Shown here piece after piece: positions 1 to 12,117 of a stretch of 64,000 nt of DNA; the first letter of the stretch is position 1; every line of letters starts with the position of its first letter. Source of the DNA: Stegostoma tigrinum (taxonomy: Eukaryota); contig NC_081396.1 in NCBI RefSeq assembly GCF_030684315.1, forward strand, positions 4,030,001 through 4,094,000. The letters are read 5' to 3'. Below the pieces are notes generated by a model. It saw only the letters and a list, made by a program, of their open reading frames with translations. It made no database searches and was not told the origin of the DNA. The position numbers and the translations under genes are program-made.

Positions 1-65
1 ACAAGTGAATAGAGGAGAAGTTAAATGAAATAAAACCCAAAACACTGCGTTTGCTGTAAATGAGA

Positions 66-208
66 NNNNNNNNNNNNNNNNNNNNNNNNNNNNNNNNNNN
101 NNNNNNNNNNNNNNNNNNNNNNNNNNNNNNNNNNNNNNNNNNNNNNNNNNNNNNNNNNNNNNNNNNNNNNNNNNNNNNNNNNNNNNNNNNNNNNNNNNNN
201 NNNNNNNN
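66..208. other. Assembly gap (143 N)
   Basis: Run of N characters. Confidence 0.99.
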
Positions 209-329
209 TTGATCATCACGCACTACCTCAGATACCCCATTTGCTGAAAAGTTTAAAGTGACTGAACTGCAAAAGTGACTCTGTAATCTGTAATTACAGG
301 ATTAAAATGAAACTCTCATTAAAACAAAA

Positions 330-1510
330 AGCCCTGTTGATGAAAGCATGTGAAGCAGCTTTTTGACATCCTGAGTTGTGAAACTCCTCGGAGTGGACCC
401 TTCTGACTAATTCCAATCGAACACGTCAGAAATTTGATCTGTCTGAAAGGAAATTAGGTCTTTGGAAGCCAAAAAAATTCAATTGTTTCACCATGAATTT
501 AAAAATCCTATTTCAGCTAGCGCAGTTCCAACTGTAGTTGCAGGGCGTTCCGATATAGTTGGGGTAAATCTCCCAGGGCAGTGATCACCATTGACTCCTG
601 GTTCCATGAAGTGTCTTGGATTGGGGAACGACATGGGCGAGGTGGTGTCTTTGTTATTGTCTGATGCTGCCACGCCACAGAAACTTGACTGATATTCGGC
701 GTTCTTCCAACTTGATCACCACTTAGAAGAGGTAGAGAACATACTGTTAGCAGTATGTGCCCTCATGGTAGATAATACAATTTGCATCACGATACAGGCA
801 ATGAAGGACACATAGCTGCCGAGTTTGAAACAAAAAGAAATGACCCATACATTCTTTGATTATATTCGCACGTGTGATGTCGTCATTGCTGTATCCAGTA
901 GCATTCTTTGACTGTTGTTAATTATCCGTGGGGATGTGGTGGAGAGTTGTTTTCTTCTACCTTTATTGACATGACAAAGCAGATACTCACAGTCTTGTTT
1001 GGACGGGTGTGTTAGGCCCAGCAATATCGTGAAGAAGCAGCAATATCGTCAAACACAGAGAACAATTGCACTTGGCCTCATTGTCTTTCATTTGGTGCCC
1101 TGTCCTTCTCCGTGGTAGAGGTTGTGGGCTCAGAATTTTCTGGGTGTGGAGTCTGGCTGAGTTTCTTCAGTCGAACTCGCAGTGAACTAACAACAGCCCC
1201 TCTGCATTAGAAGTGGTGAATATTCCACGTGATAAATGGAATGCCAGACAAGTGCATTCCTTCGTGCTGCATGGTGCCAAGCTTCTAAAATGCAATTGAA
1301 GCTTCACTCATACAGAAAACTGGACTGATTCCACTCACACTCTGTCCAGTGCCTTGCTGATGGTTAGTGCTTGGTGGCAGCAGGTAAATTACTTGCCGAA
1401 AATGTCTACCATGCTCTTGGTGCATGGTAAATCATGTTCTTTTTTTTCAATGATAGTATGTTTATGATGTGGGATTCAGCAATGATAATAATATTATCAA
1501 GGGAAATATT
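330..1510 (-). mobile_element. Decayed L2/CR1-clade LINE fragments
   Basis: Reverse-complement similarity to the plus-strand LINE copies at 17-18 kb and 25-28 kb. Confidence 0.5.
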
Positions 1511-2679
1511 TAAAGTTATTCTTTAGGCAGATGGAATACATTTGGCACAAGTGCGTTATTTAACTTATTTTCCATTGTCAATGCATGTCAGAATATTTTC
1601 TCTTGGAAGAAGGTCGCTGCAGAAGCGCCAAGAGAAGCAGTGGACGATATCTGTGAGAATCCCTGCCACCATTGACCTCATGCCAATTGTTTGGAAGTTT
1701 GAACTGAGAATGAGCAATAATCTGAATTCTAGAGGCCTCTGAAAATATGTGGTCCTCCATTTAGAATCAGAGACTTTGGTGAATTATGGTTAGCTGCTAA
1801 ACATTTCGCCAGGAATGATTCAACAAATTAACAAATGTGATTTAACTGTCAAATTGACACAAATATCACCGCAAAAACTCTATTTTCTCAGTTTGAACAT
1901 CACTGCCTCACACTCTGTCCTCAACTTCCACTGATATTGATAACCCCCACACTGTCACATAGCCATTCACTCTAGAATGCATGAGCTCATTCACGCGAAA
2001 ATGCCACACATTCCAAGATAATCATTTACTCAGCTGGACATGTACTCTCGATTCCTTACAATCAATTCCCCTTCTACCAATCTGCACATGGTCCATTTAT
2101 ATCTGGCCCTGACCCTACCTGTCACCAGACTGGGGTGCACTCCCGCACACATGATTTCAACGCCTGCATCATTGAACATTCATCTTCCCCAACCAAACTG
2201 CGAGCATTTCTTTCCACTTTTACTGCCTGACACTTTGCTAAACAGCGAGATTTGCTTTGTGCTTGATGCCCTCTTGCCACTTCATTACTGTGATCATCTC
2301 CCACCTAAACAGTCCCGCATACTGCAGACCTGGGAAGCCTGCACTTTCCACACCTACAATATTTCCACTAAAACGGCACTTCACCTAACAATTTCCACTC
2401 AGCAAACTGGTTCCTCGTAACCACAAGCATTTGCCTGGATTCTAAATGACCAAGCTACGTGCATGCCAGCTCATCCAGCAGCCACGCAACACAACAAAGC
2501 CGACCAGCTCACACTCTTACCCCTCACCGCCTCACCATCTGCGAACTTCGAGCCTGATCCATAATAGGGTCCCAGAATTATAGTGCCATGCATTATAGCA
2601 ACCTCCCCCTCAGTTCAAATCATCAATGCCGAAAGTATTCACAAATTAAAGTAAATCAATTTTCATACATTTGGTGCAC

Positions 2680-3450
2680 ATACCTCTAAAGCTGTTCATG
2701 TTCTTGCCGAAATGCCTCTTTTAATGGTTAACATGTACCTGCATCTACCACTTCTTCTGCCAGTTCATTCCATATACCTACCACCATCTGTGTGAAAAAG
2801 ATTCCCACAGGTCCCGTTTAAAAACTCCTCTTAGTTTTGAGCACCTCTGCAAAAGGAAAATAAGGAAAACCTTTGCTATTACCCTTACCTATTACCGCCA
2901 TGATACTGCAAACCTTTGTAAACTCACGAATTAATCTTCTAAAATCATGGGATTAAAAGAAACGTCCAGAGTAAACAATGTCTCTCCATCACTCAAAATC
3001 TGAAGTCTCAGTAATATCCAGCAAATATTTTCTGCACTCTTTCTTACTTACCGAGGTTATTCGTGCAGCAGGTCAACAAAACCTAAACACTGTCCTCCAA
3101 AAGTGGCCTCACTAATGTCAGGTACAGCCGCAACTTGGCGTGTTGACTCTTGTACTCAACGCTATAACCAATGAACAAAAGCATGCCAAATGCCTTCATC
3201 AACACTCTATCGGTCACACCTCTTTCAAGGAACAATGTATCTGTATCCCTAGGTCTCTCTGTGCGACAATTTTCCCCAGTGATCGACCATTAACTGTATA
3301 ATTCATACCCTGGTTTGTCTCATCTCAATACAACAACATAAATTCAACTGAGTTAAACTCATTCACTCCTCAGCCGATTGATCCTGAGAATCAAGATCCA
3401 GTTGAACCTTTAGAAAATGTCCCTCATTGTCCACTTTATGACTGTTTTTT
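2680..3450 (-). mobile_element. Decayed CR1 LINE 3' fragment
   Basis: Same motifs as the young CR1 at 14 kb (ccttcctatagc / tccaaaagtggcctcac-like). Confidence 0.6.
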
Positions 3451-5359
3451 TGACATCACAAACTTGATAACAGTTCAATGTTTTCAAGTATCAATACCGA
3501 ATATTGTGCCCTGTTCATATTTTCCCTCATAACCACTGTTTTCATCATTCCTTAAACAATTAATAGATTCCTTGAAAATATTTCACGTTTTCACCTCAAC
3601 TACTTTCTTTGGCAGAAAATTGCAACGTTCACCACGCTCTAGTTGAACAGTAAACAACTGAGTAAAATTTTACAGGGAGGTCGGAAGACTGTTGAGCACA
3701 AGAAGTATCATGATCTCATGAACGGACAGACATTCTTAACGGGCCAAGAGGCCTTCATCGGCTTCTAATTAGTATCCTCACAACTTCATTCGGCAGTACG
3801 TTCTTAAACTATCGATGTTAAGCACCAGAGAGCACAAGAAAGATTAGCTCCAGATCACGCTTCATTTCACTTGCAATAATTTCTCTGTCCCTTTCCTATT
3901 TCCGGACCACAGATATTGAACTCACTTTCTGACAGCGCTGCAGACTTAATAATGCCACATGAAGTGCAATAAATCAAGTAGGCTGGTGACTACAAAGTTC
4001 TCAAGGAGATGTAAGAGTTCTGATGCTTCCGCCTATGTCTCAAGACACAAACAACCACTGCACGGATTGAAGCATATTTGAGGGATTTGTTGAGCGTCCA
4101 TTCAGTGACCTGGTACTGGAGAGTGTCCTTCTATGTGGTTTGACTATGTTTTCACTGAATTACCAGTACTGTCTCTTCTTTATTTAATGGGAATGAAGGT
4201 TTCCCTATTTTTTAGCATAGCAAACATATATTATTGTTGCCTGGAATAAAGAAATATACTGCTGAGTTAAAATTGTCTGATGAAGATGATTATGATGTTG
4301 GGACGGGAAACTGTCAGAGATTTAAAGTTGATTCTCATGAAACTATTCCTTCTGAAAAGACGGCTGGAGATTGGGTTACTCACTTTCAATGATTACCTGA
4401 TGTTAAGTATCACTGAACATTCTTTATTTATTTTAGCGATGAACAACTTACTTTGTTTCACTGACAAATAAACATGTTTTTAATGAAAGTAAAACAAAGT
4501 GAATGCTTGAAGCCTGAAATGAAGCCTTAAATTACTGAAGATTCTTATCAGGTCTGGCAACTGCTGAGGAGACAACGCAAAGATACATTTTCGAGCCCAG
4601 TACACCTCCATTCACCAAATCTTTTTCAAGTTTTCTGAGACAGGAACTCACATCTATTCAGTATAGCTTTGATTAAGTTTGCTTGGCTTCTGCAGGAAAG
4701 GGATTCTTAGGAGAGGTAACGGACGAACTGAGATATGTACTGAAGATTAACTGAAAATCTGCCACCATTTGCTGCAAGTGTTGGATTCAGCTGAAAGCTC
4801 TTCCTCCTTAAAAGTCAACCTCTCCTGATTAGGTACATCGTTGGTTTGATATAAAATAAGACAGGCTCAACATTGTCAAATCAAATATTCTTTGGAGACA
4901 ATTCATATGAAGATTGTTATTAATACTGTTGATCGAAGAGCAAATCAGAAGCTGGAATTTTGGTGGAGTGGAACTGAATTAGCTTCACATGCGTCAACCA
5001 AATCCCACGAGCACATTTTGCTTTTATTTAAATTAAATCGAACTCCCGCACCCCTCCACAAAATTCCACCTGATATGTCAGGCAGCGCTTGAATCAGGGC
5101 TCCATTTTGGAATTCCGACAACACACACGGAAATTGATTTTGTTTTTCCTCCGATTTAAACTGTTCAGAGATGGTATAATGTACCTCTGTAACAGACTGG
5201 AATTGAACATGGGACACATATCTCAAAGTCAGGGACACCTCCGCTGCGCTGCTAAAGACCAGGATACAATCAGCTCGACACTATCTAGGACAATACCGTG
5301 CTGCTCCGCGACAGTACATAAACCATGTTAACTGTTAATTCCATTCCGCAGACAAGCAT

Positions 5360-6500
5360 AGTCACAGAAAGCAGGGCTGGATGAACACAGCAGGCCAAGC
5401 GGCATCAGAGGAACAGGAAAGCTGAGTTTTTCTGGGTCGAGACCATTCTTCAGAAATTGGGGAAGGGAAGGGTGTTCTGAAATAAATAGGGAGGGGGGGT
5501 GGACAGAAGATGTATAAAGCAGAAGATAGGTGGAGAGAATCCTTCAACATTTCTGCCATCTGCAATCTGACGCCACGACCAAAGAACTTTTCTCTCACCA
5601 CCATTATACTCTTTGTGGAGTGGCCACACTCTCTGCGACTCCCTTGTCCGCTCCACACTGCCCTGCAAACCCACCACCCCCAGCACGTTTCCCTACAACT
5701 GAAACAAGTGTCACACCTGCCCCTACACATCTACCCACATCCCCATCCCAGACCCTCAGAAGACCTTCCACGTCCATCTGATGTTCACCTGCACATCTCC
5801 TGATGTGGCATACTGTATCCACTGTTGCCGTTATGGGCTCCTCTACATTGGGTAAACCAAGCAGTGGCTTGGGGACCACGTTGTGGAATAACTACCCTCA
5901 GTTTGCAACAAACAACTACACCTCCCTGTCGCGAACCATTTCAACTTCTCCTCCCACTAATTGGATGACATGTCCATCCTGGGCCTTCTGCAATGCTGCA
6001 ATGATGTCGCCCAAAAGCTGCAGGAACAGCATCTCATATTTTGCTTGGGAAACCTGCAACCCAAGAGGATCAATGGAGGCTTCACAAGCTTCAAAATCTC
6101 TCCTCCTGCGGCTGTATCCATAAACCAGCCCAGTTATTCCCCGCCTCCCGAGCCATTCCTCCCACCTCAAGCCCCATGCCTATCTTCTACCCACGAACCA
6201 CTTCCCGCCTCCTTGATCTATCCAATCCCTAATCCCCACCTACACTCATCTTTACTAGTTCCAAGCCCGCCTCTTCAATCTGTCTGTCTTTTCTACACCT
6301 ATCTTCTTCCTTATCCATCTTCTGTCCGCCTCCCCATCTCCCTTTTTTTCAGAATCCCCTTCCCTTTTCCCCTTTTTCCAGAAAGACGTCGAGCTGAAAC
6401 ATTAGCTTTCCTGCTCCACCTTTGCTACTTGGGCTGCTGTATTCATCCAGCTCTACACCATGTTATCTCTGATTCTCCAGCATCTGACGTTCCCCCTATC
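5360..6500 (+). mobile_element. Penelope-like element (GIY-YIG remnant) with inverted terminal segment
   Basis: ORF 5961 DDMSILGLLQCCNDVAQKLQEQHLIFCLGNLQP is homologous to the element at 29 kb; 5360-5540 is an inverted copy of the element's terminal region. Confidence 0.8.
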
Positions 6501-8485
6501 GCTACAAAAAGTTATGCAGTCTTTTCAAGAATTTAAAGAATTGTTCAAACGCACTTTGATGTTCCTCCTGAATTACACATTATCGAAAGGAACTACTGTT
6601 GAATAAAACTCGAAATCCCATTGTGATAAATTCAGTGTCATTCGATTTCAAGCCTGGGAATGTCCCTTTCCAATAGAATTATCGGTGTTGTTGTACCAGA
6701 GGATCTGCTCTTCCAAATAAAGCAAAATCTTTTGAAGCATGATTTGGTTGTTACCAGCCACACGAACAGCCACGATAGCCACAACAAGAGAGAAGATGCT
6801 AAATAAATTCTGATTCTACATTGTGCCTTCAAATATGTCACGGAAAGCTGAAGGAAGAATAAATTTTACAACACGTTATTTCCACCGCCTCGCTCAATCA
6901 AAAAACTCCCAAGACAGACACATTATTGCTAACATCCGATTTCAAAACTCCTGCAGTCTGTCTTTCACTTGTGAATCGTTCTTTCTGACTTTAGCAATTT
7001 GTTCAGAGTATTCATTTCTGAGGCGTCAATCAAATATTACACTCCTGGCAGACAAAAACATTTTTGAAGCAACAGAAGAAATTTAACTTCTTCAGATACA
7101 GGAGACGAACCAGACAAGTTACACCGTTTAACACCACTTGACAAGACAGTCAGAAATAGCACTGACACAAACTGCACAACAATCGTAATCCTTATCACAA
7201 AATTTATTTCATCCGTCACGTCAAACATAGCAGATTCACTCTAATTTAACTTTCCTAAAAGAAAATAGTCAGAGGTTTGCATTAATGCAATTGGGAGTAC
7301 TTTCACATTGAACAGAGATTACCTATTCCTTTAATAAACTTCAAAAGTCATGATGATAAACCGAATTATTTAAGTGAGACATTTCACCAAATTTACCAAA
7401 GCTCAAAAATAAATTGATAATTGTCTAAATTATGCTTTTCATATTCTAAAGAGTTCTTAAACTTTGTAGATTTTGCACGCACTATGCAAAAGCAATTTGC
7501 ACTGCATGGTGCAAAAACAATTTATGCTGAATAACGTAAGGGAAATATTTACTGTCAGAGTTGCTTTGCAATATTTAGTCAATTTTCTTATGAGCTGCTT
7601 TGCAGTGAAGGTTTAAGTTCTTAGAATGCATAAATTGGGAATGAGTTTCAAAAGGGAGTAGCCCACTTTACCTGACGTCTAAATAAATGATCATCATACT
7701 TCGCTAATGTAAACAATACAATTCATATGGCTACGTTGCATCATTGGTCAAGTAAAATAAAGTCAATATTACTCATTTTTTGTTTGAAATAATCAACGTG
7801 TTTGACACTCTGTACTTACTGCTTCTGCAAAACTGTAAACGCTGCATACGTCTCAACACATTGACATATAACTCATTCTCTGTATTTGGTGCAAGCATTC
7901 ACATGATGTGTTCATGCGTGGACAATTTTAATAAATACAAACTCTAACTTTGGTCACATAATCCCCGACATCAGTTGTTTCTTACTGAGTGATCCTTGAG
8001 TTGATATAACGTTGTAAAATGAAACAATATATTTACACCAGATGAATTGGGAAAACATCGAACACTGCGCAAATTAAATCATTCCGTTTTTTTGTTTGTA
8101 TTCCCACAAACTTAGATTAATCAGCGATATGACAGTTAATTAATAGAAGTTGTCTGTGAGAATGATTATTGCAGTGAACTTGATCGGTTTTTCATCAAAG
8201 TATTTCGGAAGAATTGTGAATTAGTGTTTGTTTCTTATTTTTCCCAGCCAGAAATCTTGTTTGTCATTGAGGACGGAATTTAAAATTGATTCTTGATCAC
8301 CGTTATGGCACGCTTTGCTCCATATTAAGAACAATTGGAATATTATATTGATGAAATTATATTCGTCTTGCTTTGTGAATTGTAAACTATACAAGGAAAG
8401 ATCTTGCGATCGAATTAGCTGATTGCAAGGCATGGATAAATTAATCTCCAACTATTATATATAATTAAAACTTGCTCCACGGGTT

Positions 8486-8701
8486 CAGAGATAATGGGAA
8501 CTGCAGATGCTGGAGAAGCCAAGATAATAAAGTGTGAAGCTGGATGAACACAGCAGGCGAAGCAGCATCTCAGGAGCACAAAAGCTGACGATTCAGGCCT
8601 CGACTCTGTTCTCTCTAATGAAGGGTCTTGGACTGAAACGTCAGCTTTTGTGCTCCTGAGATGCTGCTTGGCCTGCTGTGTTCATTCAGCTTCACACTTT
8701 G
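8486..8701. mobile_element. Non-autonomous palindromic Penelope terminal-repeat insertion with 14-bp TSD
   Basis: Inverted arms of about 85 bp; flanking direct repeat TTGCTCCACGGGTT at 8472-8485 and 8702-8715. Confidence 0.88.
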
Positions 8702-9762
8702 TTGCTCCACGGGTTGTCTGTATTTCCTGAATTTCCAACCTTTGTCATCTGCTTTTGGCCTAATATTAGGTTTTAAGAAATTTCAACTCGAATGCTGTTT
8801 ACATTCAATGAGGAAACTGGGACATTTCATTTCACCAACCATCTAAACGATGATAAAACGATGCAGCAACTAGAAACAGCTTCACAAATAATACGAATTT
8901 GACGCCCCCGAGCATTTTTATTCTCAATAGAAGAAAAATAACCAAATCACAACCTTGAGGGAGAATCATGCTTTTTTTGCAGCAGAATTGGCTCTGCAGG
9001 CATTTTCAACAGAACTGTAACATCACAAAAGAAAACTGAAATCGGAATCCAGCAAAACTACGCACCATCAAACAAGCTAATGATTAATTTATAAATCATT
9101 AACAAGACAGAGCAGCATCTGTGATTGTATGGTGACTTATTTAACAACACATAAACCTCAGCATTTCAAAAAAAACCTGCAACTCAATTTATTTCCAACC
9201 TGTTTACGTTTTGTGTTCATGTGAATTGTGAGCACTGTTCAGTAGAGCAGTTAGATCCATATATCGATTAATGACTTTAATGCCAAAACCAGATTAGTTC
9301 AATGAACACATATTACTGCATAATAATTTTGCATTATCCTAACATTTTTCTCAGTTTAGAAAGTTTTTCAATTAGGCTTTTTGAGATGTTAGTCCCAAAT
9401 TGTATTTATTTGAGGTTGGTAAGGACAGATTTTACTTATTTTACAATTAGAATGAACTTATTTAAAAACAAAATCAATGCACTAAAATGTCATTCTTTTT
9501 TACTCTTGTAACCTTCTGTGTGTCTATGTTCAGTCTGTTATCAGACAGTTGCAAATGGATACAATGATTTCAATCATTCAATCTCGCTGCATGAGTTGAA
9601 CAAATGGAAAGGATGCAGGAAAAGCAAAGAAATTAAAGATATTGGTAATGCAAAGTAATTCAGGTGGACAATCTCATCATCAGGGAAATAAACACGGCAC
9701 CAATTACAGAAAACATGAAACCCGTTTAAAACCCAGCTCTACTCCACAAAATTAATGAAAAC

Positions 9763-10025
9763 CCAAACAATTCAATTCAACAGAGTCAAGTCAAAGAAAA
9801 TCAGAATTCAATAGTCAAAACAACAAATTCAACTGAAAGAGAAAGAGAATTCAATCAACTCAAATCAACAAAATCAAAGAAAACAAATTCAGAATCCAAA
9901 CAACTGAATTCGACAGAATCAAGTAAAACAAAATCAGAATTCTGTCAGCTGAAGTGAGTTGACTGAAGTGATTTAAAATCATGCCAGTTGATCAAACCGA
10001 TCAACTCAAATCAACAGAATGAACT
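9763..10025. repeat. Degenerate ~45-bp tandem repeat in the J-C intron
   Basis: Units such as aaacaattcaattcaacagagtcaagtcaaagaaaatcagaattc and aaacaactgaattcgacagaatcaagtaaaacaaaatcagaattc; TCAAN pentamer substructure. Confidence 0.75.
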
Positions 10026-10543
10026 ATAGCACAACAAGTGTATTTCAAGAGAGAATCTAAAGTTCTTGTCAACAAAATTAACATACGAAACCACAAAGTA
10101 CAACCATGACAATAACAAAAAGTGTAGATGGAATATGTTGAATAAATTGATCATAATATTTCAGCATATTTTGTCAATTTTTAAACACTTTTAAAATCTG
10201 AACGATTCCTGTCTTCACTAAAACTTGAAGATATTGGGTGTCGCTGGCATTAATCGTTGTTTAATCGTCATACTCTTTCAGACACCTTTTTCTTCAACTG
10301 AACCAGACAAACAGTATTGTCTTCTGATTAAAATGTGAGAAACACCAAATAACTGGAAATCTCACCAGCACTTTCCTTATTTGAGGAGACTTAAATGAAT
10401 TTTATAACTACTTTGCAGAAAAGGCAATTGAAACAAAATTACGCTCACCACAGAATTCGATTTTCCTTTGAATCATGAATTGCCTAAATAAATAGACCGT
10501 TAAGACAAATATAACGTTTGCGAAGAACATTCAAGGTTCTTAC

Positions 10544-10591
10544 CTAAAGTCACCGTCACCATGGTTCCTTGTCCCCAGTAATCGAAGCAGT
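10544..10591 (-). CDS. IGHJ: JH segment, CFDYWGQGTMVTVTL
   Basis: WGQG motif; RSS immediately 5'; phase-1 donor GTAAGA at 10543. Confidence 0.97.
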
Positions 10592-10630
10592 CACAATGTT
10601 ACATTCCCTGGACGGGGTCACACAATAACT
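10592..10630 (+). other. JH 5' recombination signal sequence (23-bp spacer)
   Basis: CACAATG 10592-10598 + 23 nt + ACAATAACT 10622-10630, read on the plus strand. Confidence 0.92.
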
Positions 10631-10725
10631 GGCTCTGCACAAAACAAACAAAAACTTTCACTATTTTAAATATTCATACCCAGAGGCAAAATAAAATCAC
10701 GACAGACCTTCATCACGTTATAATT

Positions 10726-10733
10726 ATGCAAAT
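10726..10733 (+). promoter_or_regulatory. Ig octamer motif in the D2-J interval
   Basis: Perfect ATGCAAAT about 95 bp upstream of the J RSS; function not demonstrable from sequence. Confidence 0.35.
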
Positions 10734-10957
10734 AGATTCGACTCATTCTTGATATGTGATTCTAATGTTTTAGACTTCAAAGAATAACATACGAAGTGAT
10801 TGTCAATATCACCAACTACTTATCAATAATTATCGCTGATTTGACAAATTTAACCTTGATATTCAGGTAATACCCCACAGAAGTGATACGACAACACGCG
10901 TTCGGATGGATTGTAAATGTGAACACTGACACAGTTTCGAACAATTCGAGAGCAGCG

Positions 10958-11026
10958 TGTTTTTGTGCTGATCATAATTGCTGTGCAACCCAGTATGTCA
11001 CTGTGAGATGCATTATATCAAATACA
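10958..11026 (-). other. IGHD: D2 segment (coding 10986-10998, ACATACTGGGTTG) with 12/12 RSS
   Basis: Plus strand CACTGTG 10999-11005 + 12 + TCAAATACA. Minus strand CACAGCA 10985-10979 + 12 + ACAAAAACA. Frames TYWV / HTGL / ILG. Confidence 0.92.
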
Positions 11027-11336
11027 GTGATGGACTGCATACTGTAAAATACAGATACCTAATTGCTTTGACTGCAAACAAAAAAAGGTCCAGGCTTCTT
11101 TAATGATGATGCAGTGCAAAAGTTTAGCTTTTACTTCCCATTGTATTTTTATAGATGCTTGGAATATAATTTAATGTTTGGTGTCGGTTTAATGTGTCCA
11201 TCGACATGAAGAAAGTAGAACAATTTTATATATGTCTACAAATGAGCTTTACTGGAAAGCATTTTAAAGAAGTCTTACATTATTTATTGCTCCTGTTCTG
11301 ACCCTAATTGCCAATATGAACAAAACAGTTGTCAGT

Positions 11337-11416
11337 AGTTTCTGAATGACAATGTCGGTGTGAACATCACTGTGATCCCAGGTAATATCACAGTGATGTA
11401 AGCCCACACATATTCT
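11337..11416 (-). other. IGHD: D1 segment (coding 11375-11388, ATATTACCTGGGAT) with 5' 12-RSS and 3' 22-RSS
   Basis: Plus strand CACAGTG 11389-11395 + 12 + ACATATTCT. Minus strand CACAGTG 11374-11368 + 22 + TCAGAAACT. All three frames open (ILPG / YYLG / ITWD). Confidence 0.92.
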
Positions 11417-11773
11417 GCCCTCATTGCTTGATATATATTTTGTCTCGAATTCGATGTGAAATAAAGATTTAGTACTGATCATTGTGGAAAGAGTGCCAAA
11501 GCCTGTATAACACAATTAGCAGAGATTTCCTGAGGTGGCAGATATATTTATGGACAAGTCTGTAATTGATGGAACTATTTTCAGGACACAGGGCATGACG
11601 AAAACTTTACCCTATTTTGTTGGATGGTTTGTTAGTATTAATGGTTCATTTCCTCTGTGAAAGTTTGTAAGAAACAGTTTGAAGTCGACTTCATATTATA
11701 GTTGTGAATGTCACATCGAACACAAGTACTGACCGTCAATTTGCAGTGGAATCTACAAAGTGTCTCCTCGACC

Positions 11774-11812
11774 TGCTCTTGTGTGTGCCTACTCGCTGTT
11801 CCTAGCTCTGTG
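11774..11812 (-). other. VH 3' recombination signal sequence (23-bp spacer)
   Basis: CACAGAG (11812-11806) + 23 nt + ACAAGAGCA (11782-11774). Confidence 0.88.
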
Positions 11813-12117
11813 GTCTCTCGCACAGTAATAGATGGCGGTGTCTTCGATCTTCAGGCTCTTCATATCCAATGTGAAAACGTTGTTTGAAGTGTCTTTGGAC
11901 GCAGTAAATCGATCTTTAATCGCTGGCGCATAGTACTTGTTTGATGAACTATAGTAGCTAACCAGGCACTCCAGACCCTGTCCAGGAACCTGGCGGACCC
12001 AAGCCATCCATGTGCTGCCAAGATTGAACCCGCTGGTTTCACAGGTCAGTTTCAGTGAGCCTCCAGGTTGGCTGTCTCCTGCCTCCGGTTGAATCAAAGT
12101 GACCTCTGAATGAACAC
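11813..12117 (-). CDS. IGHV: Immunoglobulin heavy-chain V segment (shark IgM-type VH), open frame
   Basis: Acceptor ttttctttttgaag, then (S)[101 protein letters not shown]. Canonical Cys, Trp and YYC present; followed directly by an RSS. Confidence 0.97.

Noticed and set aside
488-673. ORF downstream of JH as a possible CH1 exon
   Set aside because: No Ig C-domain Cys/Trp pattern; the sequence matches a reverse-strand LINE remnant. No CH exon was recognised in 209-10543, so CH1 probably lies in or beyond the gap or left edge.
10861-10900. D1-like sequence caggtaata..cacagaagtg as a vestigial third D
   Set aside because: No intact heptamer-spacer-nonamer on either side; the similarity is too short.
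11789-11812. C-terminal HRARNSE and the TTG start of the ORF-track VH protein
   Set aside because: Read-through into the RSS; the true start is the spliced leader exon at 12289.
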